Source: a virus
Taxonomy: Duplodnaviria > Caudoviricetes
IMG/VR virus record: IMGVR_UViG_3300020187_000198
Span: 1-25,089 of that record
Strand: one strand, 5' to 3'
DNA: 25,089 nt
The position numbers and the translations under genes were made by a program. How positions within the stretch are numbered: the stretch's first letter is position 1; every line of letters begins with the position of its first letter. Under the pieces are notes generated by a model that was given only the letters and a program-made list of their open reading frames with translations, was not told the origin of the DNA and ran no database searches. This document shows, one piece after another, positions 24,948 through 25,089 of this stretch.

Positions 24948-25089
24948 CCTCCTACACCTCTCGCCTTTTGTGATATGCCGGACATGCTTCCTGTTAGGAG
25001 AGCCTGTCTTCGGTCTATATCTCTTAGTTTTGTATCGTTAAGACCACCAACAAGTGTTGACATCTCATAAGCTCCAGCGCCTGTTTGAG
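24944..25089 (-). CDS. 3' end of an upstream virion-cluster gene (…DIDRRQALLTGSMSGISQKARGVGG*)
   Basis: Open frame from the window edge to a TGA overlapping ATG 24947. Confidence 0.7.
   Translation of the reverse strand, partial: QTGAGAYEMSTLVGGLNDTKLRDIDRRQALLTGSMSGISQKARGVGG

Larger units (their letters stand above)
1..25089. mobile_element. Temperate phage genome segment, non-integrated (attP intact)
   Basis: Primase-helicase, initiator, repressor, Sak/YqaJ recombination pair, tyrosine integrase, tRNA-fragment att core and large virion proteins; no host housekeeping genes on either side of att. Confidence 0.95.

Overview
The whole window is part of a temperate tailed (probably podovirus-like) phage genome in its non-integrated form, since an intact attP has phage genes on both sides. 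The tRNA-Gly type, IHF sites and CsrA-type signals suggest a gammaproteobacterial host (inference). Left to right: (i) 1-3640, a minus-strand array of small accessory genes (DUF551, YopX, two duplicated genes, deletion scars) joined by a conserved RBS/stop/start junction; (ii) 3656-8524, a leftward nuclease/replication operon (PD-(D/E)xK protein, Holliday junction resolvase, DUF3310, Ref-like HNH, XRE HTH, T7/Twinkle-type primase-helicase, and an initiator with an internal iteron origin); (iii) 8804-12188, a rightward HTH repressor, Sak3/DUF1071 annealase, YqaJ exonuclease, SSB-like protein and an unusual double-length CsrA-like protein; (iv) a structured intergenic element, tyrosine integrase and attP (3' 60 nt of tRNA-Gly(GCC) flanked by IHF sites); (v) virion ejection genes, including a 2807-aa polyvalent protein with zincin and ADP-ribosyltransferase-like domains. 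The best candidates for new biology are a phage single-chain CsrA-like protein together with ACANGGA sites at the translation starts of the key switch genes, the junction-motif cassette array, and a perfect 15-bp inverted repeat linking the integrase leader to the far arm of attP. All family calls come from motif recognition by eye; no database search was run.
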